Positions 60,160 through 64,000 of a DNA stretch of 64,000 nt are shown piece after piece. The notes below the pieces were generated by a model. The model saw only the letters and a program-made list of their open reading frames with translations, was not told the DNA's origin and did no database searches. Made by a program: the position numbers and the translations under genes. Source of the DNA: Andalucia godoyi And28 (lineage: Eukaryota; Protista; Jakobida); the NCBI GenBank assembly GCA_009859145.1, contig VRVR01000030.1:53097-117096 (forward strand), read 5' to 3'. Numbering within the stretch: the stretch's first letter is position 1; each line of letters starts with the position of its first letter.

Positions 60160-60291
60160 CAGATGGCTTCGTGCGGCAATCTCAAGAATTTTGTGTCCAA
60201 GTTTTATTATTATGATGATGATAATGATGATGATGATGATTATTAATTTATATATTGGAAATATTTAAATTGTGAGTTAAACTCGTATTGA

Positions 60292-62268
60292 ATGTTGGTA
60301 GCGACCACAGCTTCAAGCACGCGGATGGTGATTGAGCGCTTCCGTCAAAAGAGGAGCTGTGCTCTCTGGACAGTGCTCGCTGCGTATTCCATCCTGATGG
60401 TGCAGTTTGCTGTGGAGGTCCGAGCAGACTTGAGAGAGCTTGCAGACTTCCCGAAGTGCACTTGGACTCCCATTCCAAAAGACCTTGATCTGCAGTCTCC
60501 AACTTTGGCAAAGGCGTTTGCAGCAATCGATGCAGTCTTTGAAGAACACCGAGAGTTGTTTCAGGTTCCGGCGACGGTCTACGGGATAGTGTACAAGGGC
60601 AAGATTGTACACGCGAAGGGAGTTGGGCTGAAGAACGTGTCGAATCCGGCAAGCGGTGCTCCGGATGCTGCAACGCTGTTCCGCATTGGGTCAATCACAA
60701 AGCTGATGACAGCACTCAATTCATTGCACGATGTTTATGAGCAATGCATGAACTTGGATATGCCGGTTCAGTCGGTACTGAAGAACTTCAACATGCAGAC
60801 TCCGTTTGTGCAGCGGACTCCGATTACGTTCCGCGATCTTATGGGCCAGGCTGCTGGTCTTCCTCGCATGGCGTTCTGCGACCCCGCAGTGGACTCGACG
60901 TGCAATTTTTCGAACGACGAAGCACTCACGCGAATTCGAGAAAGTGGCATGGGAACGTACTACACCGCTGGCTTCCGCGGCTCGTACTCGAATCCTGCGT
61001 TTTCGATCCTTGGACATGCGTCCGAGTACGCTTGTGGCCGCAATGGCTCGACCAAGTACGCGGATATTATCAAGGCGAACCTGTTTACCCCATGGAACAT
61101 GCAAAACACCGGGTTTGACTACAAGGATCCCAGCGTATTGAGCCGAATTGCAGTTGGCTTGACTGTGGATCCGTACACCGAGAAACTGGCGCCTGCAGAG
61201 CTATTTTCTCTGGGCTGGGACGATCCAGCAGGATCTGCCTACTCCAATGTCAATGATCTGCTGGTGATGGCGGACCATCTCATGAACGGTCTGTCCTACG
61301 AAGACCAGCTCTTGACGTCTCCGAATGGTAACAATGGATACGACGGAGCACTGGATCTGTATCTTCGCCGCGAGTTCTTTCGTCCCTCCTTCATCTATAA
61401 CGATAATGTGCTCAACTACGGCTTCCCCGCAGAAATCCTTCCGGTCGTTAACGCAACGCTCCACATCTACACGAAGGATGGAGCCATTCCGGGGTACGAG
61501 TCCATGATTGCAATGCAGCCCGACATGGATCTTGGCTTTGCAATTCTTTCCGGTCGAGACAACGGAGACATTCTCAACATCACGCTGATCCTCGGCGACA
61601 TGATTGTAGGGGCGTTCATCGATGCAATCGCAGCGTCTGGGCCCTACAACTACCCAGTGCCACCCGCAGGGAACCCGACCACTGCCGATGCAGCCGTGGG
61701 AACATACTGGGTATCGGGATCCGGGCTCTCTGCGAAAATCGGGAAAACCCCTCAGACAGGAGCTCTCAATCTTTCCATCGACACCGGCTACGCACAGATG
61801 ACCGGCGGCCTCTCCTTTGTGCAGTCGCTCACCATCAAGATTCCGTACTTCAATAATTCATACCCTTTTCGAGCAGACATCTACCGTTTCGTAAGCGTCA
61901 AGTTCCCAGAGGCTCCTACTCTCCCTTGTGTGGGCGAAATGTCTGGGTTCGCATTTTCCGAACTCGTCTTTGTGCCTTGTGCAAGCAATCCGTCTCGCCA
62001 CTGCTCCATTCTGAACCCCGCAGTTCTATACGGAAAAGTGTATGCACGAGATGACTCAAAACAACAGCCGCCATTCCCCGTCCCACCGTCAACACCTCCA
62101 ATCCCGAACCCCGACGCGTCATGCCCCAAGAACGACAAGTTCGACAAATCCGCATTCCTCGCCGCAGTCGTGGTCCTCGCCTTTTTGCTGTCAATCTCGG
62201 CAATCCTCAACTTTGTCCAGTGGTTCAAATTCAGACGACATTCCCGCGGCTTCTCTGCAACCTACTGA
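60292..62268 (+). CDS. Membrane-anchored serine beta-lactamase/penicillin-binding-protein fold hydrolase (LACTB-like family)
   Basis: FRIGSITKL (SxxK), YSN (YxN), LGWDDPAGSAYS, TKDGAIPGY; N-terminal hydrophobic segment, many NxS/T sequons, C-terminal TM AFLAAVVVLAFLLSISAILNFV. Confidence 0.88.
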   Translation: MLVATTASSTRMVIERFRQKRSCALWTVLAAYSILMVQFAVEVRADLRELADFPKCTWTPIPKDLDLQSPTLAKAFAAIDAVFEEHRELFQVPATVYGIVYKGKIVHAKGVGLKNVSNPASGAPDAATLFRIGSITKLMTALNSLHDVYEQCMNLDMPVQSVLKNFNMQTPFVQRTPITFRDLMGQAAGLPRMAFCDPAVDSTCNFSNDEALTRIRESGMGTYYTAGFRGSYSNPAFSILGHASEYACGRNGSTKYADIIKANLFTPWNMQNTGFDYKDPSVLSRIAVGLTVDPYTEKLAPAELFSLGWDDPAGSAYSNVNDLLVMADHLMNGLSYEDQLLTSPNGNNGYDGALDLYLRREFFRPSFIYNDNVLNYGFPAEILPVVNATLHIYTKDGAIPGYESMIAMQPDMDLGFAILSGRDNGDILNITLILGDMIVGAFIDAIAASGPYNYPVPPAGNPTTADAAVGTYWVSGSGLSAKIGKTPQTGALNLSIDTGYAQMTGGLSFVQSLTIKIPYFNNSYPFRADIYRFVSVKFPEAPTLPCVGEMSGFAFSELVFVPCASNPSRHCSILNPAVLYGKVYARDDSKQQPPFPVPPSTPPIPNPDASCPKNDKFDKSAFLAAVVVLAFLLSISAILNFVQWFKFRRHSRGFSATY

Positions 62269-62670
62269 TCTACCGTGCCATGCAGTATCGAGTGTATCGC
62301 ACAAAATAATAATAATAATAATAATAATAATATATATAGATACACACGTATAACCCCTCCAAACTCTACATCTCTCGTAGTTCTCCAGTTCCAAAGTAAG
62401 CAAGACTTTTTCTTCTCCCGCAGCTCTCTTTTGGATTTCCTGTCCTTCACTAATAGGAAACTCGTTTTAACGATCACCTTTTCTTAATAATGTCTTTGCG
62501 TTTTGAAAAGCTTCTCCCAATAAACAACATCGTTATTATTTCTTTGAATTCTTTTCCTTGCATACTTTTTTTCCTTTGCTATTTTTCTTTTTCCTTTCAT
62601 TTTCTTTTTCAAATTTTATTATATTTTTTGAGGAGGGCGAAAGGTTTAATTCATTTTCCCTCGACGGATT

Positions 62671-62708
<38 letters not shown>

Positions 62709-62727
62709 GTTTTGTTTTTGAAAGGAA

Positions 62728-64000
62728 ATGGCGGACTGCGAGTCCAGCAATGCTCATGCGTCTGTGTCTCCTTCCAAGTCGCCGACTGTGCCCTCTTCGT
62801 CATTATCAACTCATTCTCCGGCTTTTGTAACGGTGACCAGTCACAACAACAGTAATGGTAATGATAATGGCAACAGTTATAGTAATGGTAATGGTACTGG
62901 TGGGAATAAACAAGCAGCGACAGCAGGATTGTCTGATTCGGTGCTTTCGGTGCTGGAATTCGATCGCGAAGTGACCCATCTTGTGCAGGTTTTGGAAAAT
63001 TCATCGGCAGAACTCAGAAGAAAGGACTCGGAGTACGAGGCGCTCCGAAGCATGTACAATGCACTCTCTACTCGCTATGTTGAACTTATTGACATCATCG
63101 ACTCTATCGACGGCATTGACTCGCGACATTCGTCCCAGTCCCAGTCCCAGTCCCAGTCCCAGTCTCATGTTTTGCTATTTTCATCATCGTCGTCGTCGTC
63201 GGCGGCGGCGGCGACAGCAGTTCATGTGGTGAACACTACTACTGGTACCGGTACGACCACGGGTGCTGGCTCTCCAGCGGCTTTCGCTGCTGGTGCGTCA
63301 AAGTCTCCAAGACAGGGGAATGACGTGCTCGGAAGGATGGCGTCGCAGCCGGGGTCGTCTGGGGCGTCGCTTCATGCGAAAATCCGATCGCGGCTTATGG
63401 CGATTGGCCGCTGTTTCAACGAGACAAAGACACATGCGGACTGTCTGGAAGCGGAGCATCGCGTGAAGGATAAGGAGATTACGGGAATGACGAGACAAAT
63501 TGAGATTCTCCAGCGGGAAAACAAGATGCTAGTGGAATCAAATACCCGGTTGATGAGCGAAAAAAGTGCGCAGGAAATGCAGATGAATGCAGACGCAGAA
63601 GCGATCAAACACGCCCGCCATTCAATCCAGGGACTTCAGCTGGAAAACGCACTTGCGGTGGAGCAGATCTTCTTTTTGCGGCAGCAGTTGCTGGATGCAC
63701 TGAATGCCAACAAGGACGAAAGCAACAGGCTGAAAGAACTTCCGTCCAACGTCGTGCACACGCTCACAGATATGGAAAGCCTCGCAGCTGTGGCTGCACA
63801 ACGAGCTGCTTCCATGCCGAATGCCTCCAGTGCGAGTTCTGCAGGGCTTTCCTTGCTATCTGCCGCATCTGGCGCTGCTGTTTTTGTTCCCAACGCGTTT
63901 TCGTCAACTTCCCCTTCCCGGAATGGCGGTTCTCCCGCTGTTCCCAAGCTGCGAATTCCGTCTCAGACGGCGGCACCGATGAATACTGTGGTTCGCGTCA
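62728..64000 (+). CDS. Coiled-coil/low-complexity protein, truncated by the window end
   Basis: Open frame from ATG 62728 (MADCESSNAHASVSPSK...) with heptad segments (VLEFDREVTHLVQVLENSSAELRRKDSEYEALRS; EHRVKDKEITGMTRQIEILQRENK); absent from the ORF track because no stop falls inside the window. Confidence 0.7.
   Translation, partial: MADCESSNAHASVSPSKSPTVPSSSLSTHSPAFVTVTSHNNSNGNDNGNSYSNGNGTGGNKQAATAGLSDSVLSVLEFDREVTHLVQVLENSSAELRRKDSEYEALRSMYNALSTRYVELIDIIDSIDGIDSRHSSQSQSQSQSQSHVLLFSSSSSSSAAAATAVHVVNTTTGTGTTTGAGSPAAFAAGASKSPRQGNDVLGRMASQPGSSGASLHAKIRSRLMAIGRCFNETKTHADCLEAEHRVKDKEITGMTRQIEILQRENKMLVESNTRLMSEKSAQEMQMNADAEAIKHARHSIQGLQLENALAVEQIFFLRQQLLDALNANKDESNRLKELPSNVVHTLTDMESLAAVAAQRAASMPNASSASSAGLSLLSAASGAAVFVPNAFSSTSPSRNGGSPAVPKLRIPSQTAAPMNTVVRV

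Noticed and set aside
1-64000. CRISPR arrays, tRNA and rRNA genes
   Set aside because: No repeat-spacer arrays, no T-loop/cloverleaf motifs and no rRNA-like sequence were seen; tandem repeats are microsatellites or coding repeats.
1-64000. Numerous antisense or overlapping ORFs of 60-270 aa in the track (e.g. 49216-50016, 32775-33485, 36722-37456)
   Set aside because: They are shadows of real genes with low-complexity codon runs and carry no independent motifs.
1-64000. Non-standard genetic code
   Set aside because: TAA, TAG and TGA all terminate well-supported genes, and conserved motifs translate correctly with the standard code.

Overview
Gene-dense eukaryotic nuclear DNA from a compact, intron-poor protist genome. 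It uses the standard genetic code, has T-rich/microsatellite intergenic spacers, and carries a few short GT-AG introns. IFT43 implies a flagellated cell; a discobid/jakobid-like source is only a guess. About 30 protein genes are supported. Recognisable ones include an ER J-domain protein, two paralogous Cys-rich surface proteins, BDP1, a DUF2828/vWA protein, an aldose 1-epimerase, a coactosin-like protein, a giant kinesin-14, an FKBP15-like protein, a profilin-like protein, SEL1L and HRD1, TMEM104, an isochorismatase, RTF1, IFT43, a cytochrome b561 and a serine beta-lactamase-fold protein. The main hidden signal is a pair of related non-autonomous elements (59476-60159 on +, 20268-20635 on -) derived from an IS607-type serine-recombinase/Fanzor2 (TnpB-like) transposon. 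Both keep the left end with a TATA box and a right end that folds into conserved hairpins (candidate omegaRNA scaffold). Both are bounded by CG dinucleotides with CCG at the left junction. In the short copy the whole coding region is deleted, which fuses the promoter to the RNA scaffold. Other highlights are a single-chain cysteine desulfurase-persulfide dioxygenase-rhodanese fusion and a head-to-head pairing of the two core ERAD partners SEL1L and HRD1. All homology calls come from motif recognition by eye; no database searches were run.
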